A stretch of 64,000 bases of DNA from assembly GCF_018977255.1 (NCBI RefSeq), contig NW_024704751.1, positions 11,470,001 to 11,534,000 on the forward strand, given 5' to 3'. The DNA is from Callorhinchus milii. Its lineage: Eukaryota. This document shows, in pieces, positions 13,452-24,726 of the stretch; positions within the stretch are counted from its first letter, which is position 1, and each line of letters starts with the position of its first letter. Made by a program: the position numbers and the translations under genes. The notes under the pieces are model-generated. The model was not told the DNA's origin. It was given only the letters and a program-made list of their open reading frames with translations, and made no database searches.

Positions 13452-15989
13452 GGTGTCATCTGGACAGGAGAGAAATAAATATGAGAAAGATTAGCAACCA
13501 ACACTCCCCCACCCCCCAAATAATAATAATAATTTGGTCACTCAATCCGCGACTGTTTGTGGGACGATGCTGTGTGCAATTGGCTGTTGCCCACAAAGTA
13601 TACAGTCAATTCACTTTACAGTATATTGTGTGAAGTGCTTTGAGACGGCTCAACAACCTGATCAGGTGTTGAACAGGTACAAATCCTGCAAACACCCTCC
13701 TTTCTCACACGAACTCTACAATTTAATAATGTCTTTAGCACAGATACAGTGCATCCTGAGCGAAAGCAAGTGGGGGGGGAGGGGGTGAAAAACAATCTTA
13801 TTAAAATTAGCTGGAAATTAACCATCCCTTTTGTCTTAATATAGATAACATTTGACATTTGCTAAAACTAACCTGAAAGAAAGTGGCAGGAAACGTCCAA
13901 ACTTGTGTAGCCTTTAAAGCCCTTTCAAAGTATAAACTCTTGCCCGGGTTGGCTCGCTTCATATAGGACCAAAGCTGTGTCTAATCCAGTCCAGTGTTGT
14001 GCTCCAACTCACTCTGTTCAATTCAAGTTGCCTCAAGAGCCATATTGCACTTTCATGTCGAGCTTATTTGAAATGTGCCAGAAAACGCCACAGCAGCAGC
14101 TTATTACACCGCTTTGCGTTGTTTCAGTAACTCATTGTCATGAAAGACGGGGCGGACATGAATAACTAACCTGTTTCAATCTCTGCACATCTGGCTCTTC
14201 TTTAAATTCCAATTTACTCCTGTGAATTTAACTAAGGCTTTTGTCTTTTTACCTTTTGGTATAGATCTTTCCTCCCTTTGGCATCAGCCAGCGTCGGGTG
14301 CCACTGGTCAGAGAGTATCAAGGGATATGGAGCAAAGGTGTGTATTTGGAGTTGCAGTACAGATCAGCCATGTTGTACTAGAATAGTGGAACAGGCTCAA
14401 GGGGCTGAATGGCCTATTCCTGTTCCTGTTACTAGAGCAATCCCGTGAAGACTCTTTCTTTTATACCCGCACCTTGTAAAGGAACTCACAATTTGGAAGG
14501 TCCGATAAAATTGCTCACTTTGGAAAGAAATAGCAGGATGCGCTGTTTAGGAGTTCACAATAAAACTGGGTAAAATGTTACACCAATGTTATTTAGGTAC
14601 TACAGCATGGTTGATCATTGCCAGGGTTCTGAGTTTTCTGTTAAGCTGGATATGGTTCATTACTCTTGATTCTCTGTAGAGTTTTGCTGGGATTATGATT
14701 ATGGGCTGTTGCATTGCTGTTATCTTAGATCAGGTTAGTTAGTTCCTTTGAAAACCCAACTCCATACGTTGTAGAGCTCAATCCCCCAGTGTGTTTGTTC
14801 CCCTTCTCACAGCTGGGGTAAGATTTCTGTGCACGTGTATTAAAATTTAATAATAGTGATCCTTGCAGTTGGCACAGCACCTGATCACTTCATCGAGACG
14901 TCTCAAAGCGCTTCACGGGATATACTGTGAAGTGGAGTGACTGTGTATTTTTGGGAGAAAAATGCAGCAGCCAGTTTGCAAACAGCAGTGGAGTGAGTGA
15001 CCGATTTCTGTCTAATTCTGTATGGACTCTCTCATGACTGTGTATGAGGCCTTGCTGGTGCAAATAGAAGCCACAATTCCCCATAACCCCAGCCCCTGCA
15101 CTTGAGTGGAATGCCCTGTGAAGTGTTTTGAGATGTTTTGCTGTGATGAAGCGCAATAGAAATTCAAGATCTTTCTTCCTTGTTTCATGATGCTTTCATC
15201 AGCTTCATTATGGCGCTATACGAATGTAATTTTGCTCTTGTGTGGGGAGTGGGGAATGGTGGTCAGGCAGTTAAACCCTACCTCTATCCTGTATGTCTTA
15301 ACGATTTAATAAATAATCCCATTTTGCCATTGCTGCTGGGAGCAGGGAGTGAAAAAGTAATCCCTGCCCATAAACCTGAACTATCCACCTGCCCTAAATA
15401 AGTGAGCAAAGGATATTCTGATCATATGAATAATACCAGCAGGGAGGAGCGATTTAATGAAGAGAAGATTGGTTCAGCTTCGAGCATTCTAGTCTGTATG
15501 GTGCAGTATTGCGATGCGATTCCTGACTTTGCAAATCTAACTACCGATGAATTAAGGCAGAGAAAGTGCCCAAAACTAATTGGAAGAAAGCTGTGTGGTT
15601 GCACAAAGATTTAATTACTGAAATCAACTACACTCAACAAAATGTTATCTCAAGCAAGGAGTAACTGCATAGCAATACGGGAATAAACTCTGACTGATTA
15701 CTCTCACGCCACCACCCACTTCTGCTTCCCTCTAAATATACAGCTCAAGCACTGCCTCAACTGAGATTGTGGGACAATGCTGTGTGCAACTGACTACCAT
15801 GTTTCGTCCACAATATTCCTGTGAAACCCTTTGAGATGTCTCGAAGGCGTGATAAGGCGCTGTAATCAAAGGCAAGGATTATTATTTTTATTATTAGCTA
15901 ACTCAGCACAGACCAGGGATTGAGAGTGATACCTCCGACTCTGTATATTTGTCTTGTCCAGAACAGTAGAACCAGAGACACGGTCTGCG

Positions 15990-16250
15990 ATTGAAGATGG
16001 GGTAAAATTCCAAATAAATCTGCGGAAACTTCAGTGAGCGAGTGATAAACATATGGAACAGGCTCTCTACAGAGACAGACGGTGGAAGCAGAAAGTGTTG
16101 ATTCTTTCAAAACCAAATGAGATAGATTTCTGTCAGGAAATAATATTTGGGGGATACAGTATATAGTTTGGGACACAACATGTGCAAGTGACTGTCAGGA
16201 TGATGGAAGGTGAACTGGATGGACCTTGGTCTTCTTTTCTCTAGCAATTC
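15990..16250 (+). mobile_element. CR1 3' fragment
   Basis: atggaacaggct..ggtggaagcag..ttcaaaaccaaatgagatagatttctg. A related copy lies at 9340-9530. Confidence 0.65.
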
Positions 16251-17204
16251 TTTGTATAGTTCAGTCTCACAGAAGCTTTACCTCCTGAGCTTTCAAAACA
16301 AATCACCTAAACGGAGGTTAAATGTGATTTTTTTTTCTCTCTGTCTCTCTCCTTTCTGATCTGGTACGAAGTGGTTTTGTCAGAACTTCACCTCTTACAA
16401 ATCTTTGGCCACTTGAACAACTGATTGCAAAACAGCTCGCACAGTGTATTCCAATGTTTAGCAGTGATTTACTCTGCAACAAAAGAGTGAGGCCGTGGCA
16501 CGTTAATTAAAAATACTGCTCCAATAATTCTGCATTATTAACTCCCTGGTAATGTAGTGAGAAACGCAGCCTGATTATCCATGTTACAAATCATGCAATC
16601 CTGCATTACTAAACAGAGACTACTCCAGCAACTGTTGACCGCAATTGTAATTGTCAGCAGTGTAATTAACATTTTAAATCCAGTGATCCCTGTAAATCTT
16701 GTTATTACAGTAGTTGCTATGTTTTGGTGTGTGTGAGATCGCACAATATATTGCTCCATCTACGTCAACTCAGTCGATAATAGTGTTGATTAAAATGAAC
16801 AGAATAAGGTGAAGGAATGCCCTTTTGTCTGAGTTTGGTGGCTGTGGTTTATATCTAACTTCTGATAGCCATATAGTAAAATAGCCATATAGTGAAAGTG
16901 GATATGCAGCTGGTGATGTGATAACTTGTTTGAGTGATTTAGGGGAAGATTTAGTTGTAATTCATGGCAGAAATGGTCAACTGATGGTGTGTTGCCTCTG
17001 GCCTGCTCACCTGCAGTGTAGGCCAGGCTCTCAGCTGGGTCAACATCAGGTATTGCACTGAGCAAATGTCTGAGGCTTTGTGTCAAATGGAAGGAGAAAT
17101 GACTCCAAAGGATGTGTCACCGCATTACCTCCAAGTTTTTAAACCACCTGTGATTGCGACTGCCGAGGCCACACTGAGTCCATCTGCTCAGGTTGGATTG
17201 TTTT

Positions 17205-17555
17205 GTTATAATAAGTAAATCCTTGCATTTGATATAGCGCCTTATCACATCTTCGACATTTCAAACGCTTCACAGAATATACTGTAAAGTGAATTGTCTA
17301 TTTTGTGGTTGAAACGCAGCAGCCAATTATGCACAGCAGTGTCCCACGAACGACTGTGGATTGAGTGTCCAAATTACTATTAACCTGGAAAAGCGATCTG
17401 CCAATCGTCTAACAATCGGGTTCCTACTTACTGCTGGGTAAACAGAGGCGTGTGGAGTAAGGAAACTTGCTTAAGGTTTCGCCCTACCCCGGAATCGAAC
17501 CCAAGTCCTCTCACTTGCGAGGCGAGTGCTCTAACCACTGAGCTACAGGACACCA
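17205..17555 (-). mobile_element. Full-length tRNA-derived SINE (same family)
   Basis: Reverse complement of head (ctctaaccactgagctacagga), core and tail. Confidence 0.85.
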
Positions 17556-19414
17556 CAAAGGGGATTTGTTCCCCTTCTTAAACCAAGGTCACTGAGACCA
17601 ACTGTAATGTCCCTACTGCCATCCTGGGTGAAATCAGTCATCACAGACTCATCCGAATCTACTACATCTGAGTCTGTACGCATCTAATAAGTCCAATAAC
17701 TTTTAAAATAAAAAATGCGCTTGCTTTTTGGAAAATACGGTCACAAAGGAAAGTAGTTGTAAGAACTACATTTGTTCCCAATAATTTATTCATGCTTCAG
17801 TGAAACCATGTTCAGATCACCTGTACATGCAGCACACACAGGCATTGCTCCAACAATACATTAACAATTTAGATTTGAACCTGCAATAAAACACCAGCTG
17901 AAGGGTCTCATCCAAAAGCAACTGTTGCAGTAAGTTTAGCATTTGTATAATACAAATCATAAGGTACAGTAAGGCTTCAAAATAATTGAAGCCTTCCTGT
18001 ACCCTTCCCATACAGTGTAATGCACTAAACTTAAACTTAAAATACAAAACTACACTCTTGTACTTTAAGAAAGCATTATTTTAATAAAATAATGAAAACA
18101 TTCATAACACGGCAACAATTAAACTATTCACTATCTCATGTGATTCTATTAATTCCAAAATAATGTTCAATGGTCAATTGCAGACCTGAAAGATTGTATC
18201 AACTGTCAGTTTTCCAGTCGATCCTCAGTTTGAGAAAGTATACAAATTCCATTATTACTCTGCCCTCCTCTTTACTTTGTAGTTTCCTGCCTTGTTTGTT
18301 GTCTGTTCAGTTCCTGTGTATTTTTCCTCCAGTGTTTATTATAAACTGTCACATTCTCGAAAAAGGACCTCACCTGAACCTGGCCTGTAGAATACGTCAG
18401 ACAAACTCTCTTCAGTTAGTTGTCAACCTCCGAGATGACAAATTGAGCATTGTGTTTACAGTAAACGTATTATATGGTGAAAACTAGGAGTACATTGAGT
18501 GCAGAACAAAGTGCTATGACAGACAGCGCAGTGCAAGCTGATAGCAAAGAGAACCAAGCCCAATGTGTTCTATTGCTGTGTGCAATTGGCTGCCGTGTTT
18601 CGCCCCAAAAATAGTCCATTCAATTTACGGTATATTCTGTGAAGCGCTTTGAGACGTCTCAACGGTGTGAGGAGCCGCTATATCAAATACAATGACTATT
18701 ATTATATCGGCTCTTGCTAAACCTACAATACTTGAGTGCAAGAACAAGAAAAAAGTAGGAATCCACACTATTTAAAATGAGAGTATGGGTGGATTTAAGG
18801 ATGAACTTTGCTAATCTGTTGATAAATAGACTAATTGTCACTCCAACCTCTACAGTGTATAAAGGCACCAATGCCTGAGGACCAGCTCTCCACGTAGTGT
18901 AGCTCCTTTACAGCACGCTGAGCTTTTCCTACCAGATGCCATGTACGGTACACTTCAGGTGATTAAAGGGGGGAACGTGGATACAGCAACACGTGCAAAG
19001 GGGTGGAATAATTTAACCCTTACAACAACAAGATTCCATTTGTAAAGCGCCTTTCACGTCAGGAGGACGTCCCAAGGCCTTAACAAAACGTTTGCGTTCC
19101 TGAAAGCACAGCATCATGATTTTTAAATGGACTTTCTCAGATTCCACAGAACCCAACGCTTACCACTTACGGAGGTTAGTTAGCTGACCTGACTCAGTAC
19201 AACAACAACAACAACAACAAGATTCCATTTATAGAGCGCCTTTCACGTCGGGAGGACGTCCCGTACGGAATGTTTCGGGTTCATTTTGTGGTCTGTGCTG
19301 AACGCAGGTGGTGGGAGGGTGGGGGGGCGGGAAAGGGGGGGGAACGCCAATTACTCCCAGTGACCTTTGGCCAAGCAAAGGGTAGAAGCAATCTGAAGTG
19401 AGAGTCGGAACTAA

Positions 19415-19433
19415 CTAGCGCCCCCTGCTGGAA
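19415..19433 (-). promoter_or_regulatory. Candidate CTCF site
   Basis: Minus strand reads TTCCAGCAGGGGGCGCTAG, a close match to the CTCF core consensus. Motif evidence only. Confidence 0.5.
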
Positions 19434-19925
19434 AGCCTGTGCACGTGGCCGTCACATGAGGACCAGGAGTAGGCTTGTTGTGAGGTCTCCTGTGGGGTCA
19501 GGGCACAGGGTGTCAGGATGGAGGGGTTGCCGGGGCCAGGGTGCGTCAGTCAGGAGGGGTCAGATCCTGGAGGTACTCAGGACGCGGGGGGGGGGGGGGG
19601 GAGAGCCAGTAGCCGGTCAGGGTCAGGGAACATCCACGGCCACATTTTGCTGCTCCAACACACCTCAGTAAAATGTGTGTGTCCCATCCTCAGTTAAGTG
19701 AATAAAGGCATTTCCCAGGCCAAGAAAAAGGGTTATTTATCTGCCTGCCTAATCTCTTGGCCTCAACAGTGTATGGGACAAACAATCAGACCTGAAGTAA
19801 ACCCTGAAACAATTGCCCACAAAGTCAATCTGAAAGCTGAATGGGAATAGTCTTCTTTGTTGAATGTTTTGCCTGTCGATTTCAAAAGTAAATTACAATT
19901 TTTTATATGTTCAAGACCCTGTAGT

Positions 19926-20248
19926 GGAGTCCTGTAGCTCAGTGGTTAGAGCACTCGCTTTGCAAATGAGAGACCCGAGTTCAATTCCAGGCAGAGGGCG
20001 AAACCGTGGGCAAGTTTCCTTACTCCACACAGAGCCTAATAATAATCCCTCCAAAACTAAAAACAATAATAAATTGGTCATTTTCAATCTACGACTGTTT
20101 GTGGGACATTGCTGTGCGCAATTGGCTGCTGCGTTCGCCCACAAATATACAGTCAATTCACTTTACAGTGTGTTCTGTGAAGCGCTTTGGGACGTCCTCC
20201 CGACGTGAAAAGCGCTCTATCAAATGCAAGGATTATTATTATTATTAT
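19926..20248 (+). mobile_element. Near full-length tRNA-derived SINE with L2-like tail and (ATT)n end
   Basis: Head has box A (tagctcagtggt) and box B (gttcaattcc). Core gtttgtgggac..gctgtgcgcaattggctgc. Tail gtgaagcgctttgggacg..atcaaatgcaaggattatt. Confidence 0.85.
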
Positions 20249-21468
20249 TAAGACCCATAAGCAACATCCAGCGTAGTATGCAGGACAAATGTTACCAAAG
20301 TAAATAGCTCAAAATAAATATTACAAGTTCCAACGATATGCTAATGTACGCTAATTAAACTGTTGGATTTCAACACAGTTGTCTGTATCTCATTTATTGT
20401 CCTAACTGCTAATAGTAATAATAATTATCCTTTGATATAGCGCCTTATCACGTCGCTGAGACGTCTCAAAACTCTTCACAGAATATATTGTAAAGTGTAA
20501 GTTGTATTGTTCGGAGGGGTTTTGTTTTCCTTTTAAGATGTGCAAGGTTGACAGTTTTTTTTTCTTTAATCCAATGCGTGTACACACACAATACAATGAT
20601 CTTCAGTTCAGTAGTTTTCTCAGAGCCAGTGTTTTGAGGATTTCCGAGCGTGGCCGTCGAGGAGAGTGGGGGCAATGGAAAGTTAAATGCAATCCAAATG
20701 TCTCACAAAACACGGCTGCGCGCGGTCCGGCCGCCGCGTTTCCACCCACGAATATACGGTCAATTCACTTTACGGCGTATCCTGTGAAGCGCTTTGAGAC
20801 GTCGCGAAGACGTGAAAAGCGCTGTATCAAACGCAGGGATTACTGTTGTATCATCGTGTCAGCTCTTCGCTCGGTATTTGTTTTCAGGGTTTATTATTAT
20901 TATTATTGTTTGATTTTACAGTCAGTCTGCAACTGTTGACACCACACGCACACGCACTCAACCCCCCCCCACCCCAACCAATAAAAATAAAACCTACAAG
21001 AAAACACAGCAGCAAAAGAAAAAATACAACATCATCTCCTAAAAACACTGCCGCAAACAAACACGAAAGGGGGGGGGGGGGGGGGGGGAGAGAGACAGAG
21101 AGAGAGAGAGAGAGGGGGAGAGAGAGAAAAAATCCTTTCTGACACCTTGAAAACTGTCAGCAAAAAAAAACTCCTTGAAACGTCCAAAAAAAAGGAGCCA
21201 AAAAAAAGACCGTGTGTGTGTGTGTGTGTCTCTCTCCTTCCCTCCTTCCCTCCCTCCATCACCTCATCCATCACAGCACAGCACAGTACCCTCCTCTTCC
21301 CCCTCTCTCCTCACCCCCACCCCCACCACCACCACAAAAAAACTCACGTCAAAACAATGTGCATCTTAACAACAAGAGGGGGAGGGACTGAGGAGAGGGG
21401 GTTAAAAAAAAAGGGGGGGGAGGGGGGGGAAGGCCCAGACCAGGCGCTCGAGTTGCCCCCGAACTCAC

Positions 21469-21700
21469 CGGGGTGCTGGGCGGCGGCGGGAGGATCCCGG
21501 CGGTCGGTCGGTCGCAGCCCCGATCGCTCTCCGGCTCCGAGTTACATTACAGCTCAAATCTCCGCTCCATCAGTCGCCATGACAGCTCCTCTCTGACCTC
21601 TCACCCCCCCCTCCCCCTCCCCTCCCTCCCGCCCCCCCCCACCGCGCGCGCTCTGTCTCTCTCTCTCCGCCCCGCCCCCCGCGAAGGATCCGGCCGGAAC
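21469..21700 (-). other. Probable non-coding first exon of the HMBOX1-like gene
   Basis: CpG-island sequence ending at a GTGAGT donor (minus strand, 21468). It faces the exon-2 acceptor at 13460. The 5' end is approximate. Confidence 0.55.
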
Positions 21701-21949
21701 CCAGTGCGCACGCGCACCTCTCGCCAACCCGCCCCACGGGCCCGACGTGGCGCCCAATCGGGCGGGTTTCGCGCCCACTCGGGCGGGTTTCGCGCCCACT
21801 CGGGCGCGGGTTTCGCGCTGGTGATCCCTCGCGGTTCGCCCACGAACGAACACACCAGTCACTTACACTGCACAGTGTATTCCTGTGAAGCGCTTCGAGG
21901 CGCCGCGTTCAATGCGAGGATGATGGTGATTGGAAGCACGTGACTTGTG

Positions 21950-22230
21950 GCGGGGCGGGGGCTCGGGATGATTGACGGGTAGGCGGGGCGGGGGCTCGGG
22001 ATGATTGACGGGTGGGCGGGGCGGGGGCTCGGGATGATTGACGGGTGGGCGGGGGGGGCTCGGGATGATTGACGGGTGGGCGGGGGCTCGGGATGATTGA
22101 CGGGTGGGCGGGGCGGGGGCTCGGGATGATTGACGGGTAGGCGGGGCGGGGGCTCGGGATGATTGACGGGTAGGCGGGGCGGGGGCTCGGGATGATTGAC
22201 GGGTGGGCGGGGCGGGGGGCTCGGGATGCT
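21950..22230. repeat. 33-bp GC-rich minisatellite, about 8 copies
   Basis: Unit ggcggggcgggggctcgggatgattgacgggt(a/g), read directly. Confidence 0.9.
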
Positions 22231-23536
22231 CGGGGCGACGTCGCGACGTCATGACGGTTGACGTGGGGGGGGGGGGGTGAGGCGACAGACAGACAGACAG
22301 ACGCACTGACCGAGGGGAGCGCGAGCAGCAGTGGGTGGTGGCGGCGGCGGGAGGAGGTGAGGAGCCATATGCTGCGAAGTGGGGGAAGAGAGGGGAAGGA
22401 AATCAAAGTCGAGGGGCGGGCGGGCGGGCGGGGGCTGTGCGGGAGTGAGGGGGAGCCCGGCGGCGGCTCCTCTGTGTGGCGGGAGGGAGGGAGAGAGGGA
22501 GGGAGGGCCGCTCGCTCTGCGGGCGCCGCGGGCCCGGGCCTGGGCCTGGTGTGAAGGGAGCCGCCATTTGATGGGTGTTGACGGTCAGCAGCAGCAGCGG
22601 CGGCGGCGGCAGCGGCAGGTCCCCCCCCCCCCCAACCCCCTCCACGGTGGCGGGATAGCGAGTGGGCTTCGGGCTCTCTGTGCGGAGGGCAATCATTTCC
22701 GCCGCTCCCACGGCCCTCACCATCCCGCCACCGCCGCCGCGTCAGCTCTGAGCTAAACCAGGCCGCAAGCCAGGCCCAGGGTCGGCTATCTACCTCCTGG
22801 CAGACAGCTCCCTCCCTCCCTCCCGCCCTCTCTGCAGGTTGGGAATCAAGCAGCTGTTGGTGCAGCAAAAGCCTTGTTATTGTTATAATGATATTAATAT
22901 TATAATGTTATAATAATAATGTTATAATAATAATAATAATCCCATTATTGTTATTATTGTTCGGTCCATCGCCTTTATCACACCGTTCAGACGTCTCAGA
23001 AGCTGCTTCGTAGCATATAACCGGGAAGTGGATTGGCTGTATATTTTGGGAGCGGAATTGTCGATTGGCGCATCGCTTTTACGGGGGGCGTGAGGGGGAA
23101 ACGGGGTGGTGGGGGGGGGTGTGCTAATAATCCCTCCCAATAAATAATAAAAAAATTGGTCACTCAAACCATTACCGGTTGTGGGACACCGCTCTGGGCA
23201 ATTGGCGGCCGTGTTTTGTCCACAAAATGTACAGTCACTTCTCTACCGTGTATTCTGTGAAGTGTTTTGATTTTCTTGTGTGAGAATGTTTGCTTCCCAC
23301 CACCTTTGTTGTCACTCTTTCTCCCTCTAACATCAAGAAGTAACCCCTTCTGATGCTGTTTTCTGGTTTGTCATAATGTTTGAAATTGGTGAGGAATTTC
23401 TGTGCAAGAGAATTTTTAGTGTTTTTGTAAGCATCTGTGCCTTCGATGTTGCTGTCGTTTATACTGTATACCTGGATTAGATTCATGAGTAACCTTGCTA
23501 TTAATCTGTGTTTATTCTCTCTACAGTTTTTTAATC

Positions 23537-24726
23537 ATGGCTCGTGGACAACAGAAGATACAATCCCAACAGAAGAATGCTAAAAAACAGGCTGAGAAGA
23601 AAAAGGGAGGGTCTGATCAGAAAGCAGCTGCAAAAGTAGCTCTTGTCCACACGTGCCCTGTCTGCAAGGTAAGGCAAAGGCTCATTGAAGTGGTTTTCTT
23701 GCTGCTATAAAAGATTACCTTTCCTTCAAATGCCTTCAAAGTCTCACTTGCTCCACCCTATCACTGCAATCTCCTGTCACTCCATCAGTGGGGGAGCCTT
23801 CAGCCTCCTGTTAGCTACAATCCCCATTTAGTCTTTTGAGATTATCTCCCAATGTTAAATATGCCACATAAATCTTGTTGTAATCAAAATATTTAACCTT
23901 TACTTTCCCTCACACTGGTACCCAATTTCACACTATTGCACAAAAAAGCAGCTCTCCTTCCCTCTGTGAAAGTATAAATTCCTGCTGTAATGTCCATCGG
24001 TGGCTCCAATATCCAATACCTTTCTGTTCTTTGTGAGTGAACCAAGTAGGCTGTTGACAGGGTAGTCCCATAACTGAGCATGATCCTTTATACATGATTG
24101 CCAGATGTGCACATTTTGCAGAATAAATGATGCATTATCAGGCATGCTGCACAAGCGCTCTGAGACGCTACCCTGTGTGAGGGGCGCTATATAAATTATT
24201 GTTGTAAACTCGTCTTCTGTTTCACCCCACACCCATTGGCTCAACTTTGCTGAAGCCAGGTCCTCCTAATGCTGCCCTGGCTGAGGTCAGTTTAGTTAAC
24301 ACAGGATAGGCATTCACCATTAGTAGGTTATCACCTTTTCACTGCTATAAATGCCACAGTCATTGACAGAATATCAGTGTCCTATTTTATCTTTTTATTA
24401 CTATGTCAACATTAAGACTAAGCACATCAACAGCTGTATAAGTATTGAATATCCAAAAGTGCAATTGAAAAGATGGGTATTAATAATAATAATAATCCTT
24501 GCAGGAGAGGTGGTGTAACCATTTATATAGTGACAGCCCCTCACACAGAGCACTAAAAATTACATAGTATTTTAAAAATGCAAGTACTATTTACCACTCG
24601 CTCTGAATGTTATTTCTTTATTTTTTTCAGACACAGATGCCAGATCCTAAAACCTTCAAGCAGCATTTTGAGAGTAAACATCCCAAATCTCCTATGCCTC
24701 CTGAGTTGGTAGATGTCCAGGCGTAA
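23537..24726 (+). CDS. znf706: Zinc finger protein 706-like (4F5/SERF-like N-terminus plus single C2H2 finger), 75 aa
   Basis: Exons 23537-23668 and 24631-24726 give MARGQQKIQSQQKNAKKQAEKKKGGSDQKAAAKVALVHTCPVCK/TQMPDPKTFKQHFESKHPKSPMPPELVDVQA*. The second exon is missed by the ORF track. Probable non-coding exon 1 ends at 22356. Confidence 0.95.

Larger units (their letters stand above)
21400..22850. promoter_or_regulatory. CpG island / bidirectional promoter shared by HMBOX1-like (-) and ZNF706-like (+)
   Basis: Very GC- and CpG-rich. Divergent donor sites at 21468 (-) and 22357 (+). GC boxes, three TTTCGCGC (E2F-type) sites and a CCGCCATTT (YY1-type) site at about 22561. Confidence 0.75.

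Noticed and set aside
19926-19995. tRNA-like sequence (also at 17480-17555, 54420-54495, 60140-60210)
   Set aside because: These are SINE heads fused to the SINE core and tail, without a proper acceptor stem, so they are not tRNA genes.
20006-20251. Recurrent peptides such as [16 protein letters not shown] / IKCKDYYY across many ORFs
   Set aside because: Translations of the SINE tail, not a gene family.
21473-22868. Many overlapping Pro/Arg/Gly-rich ORFs
   Set aside because: Artefacts of the CpG island and the 33-bp repeat. No domain is recognisable.
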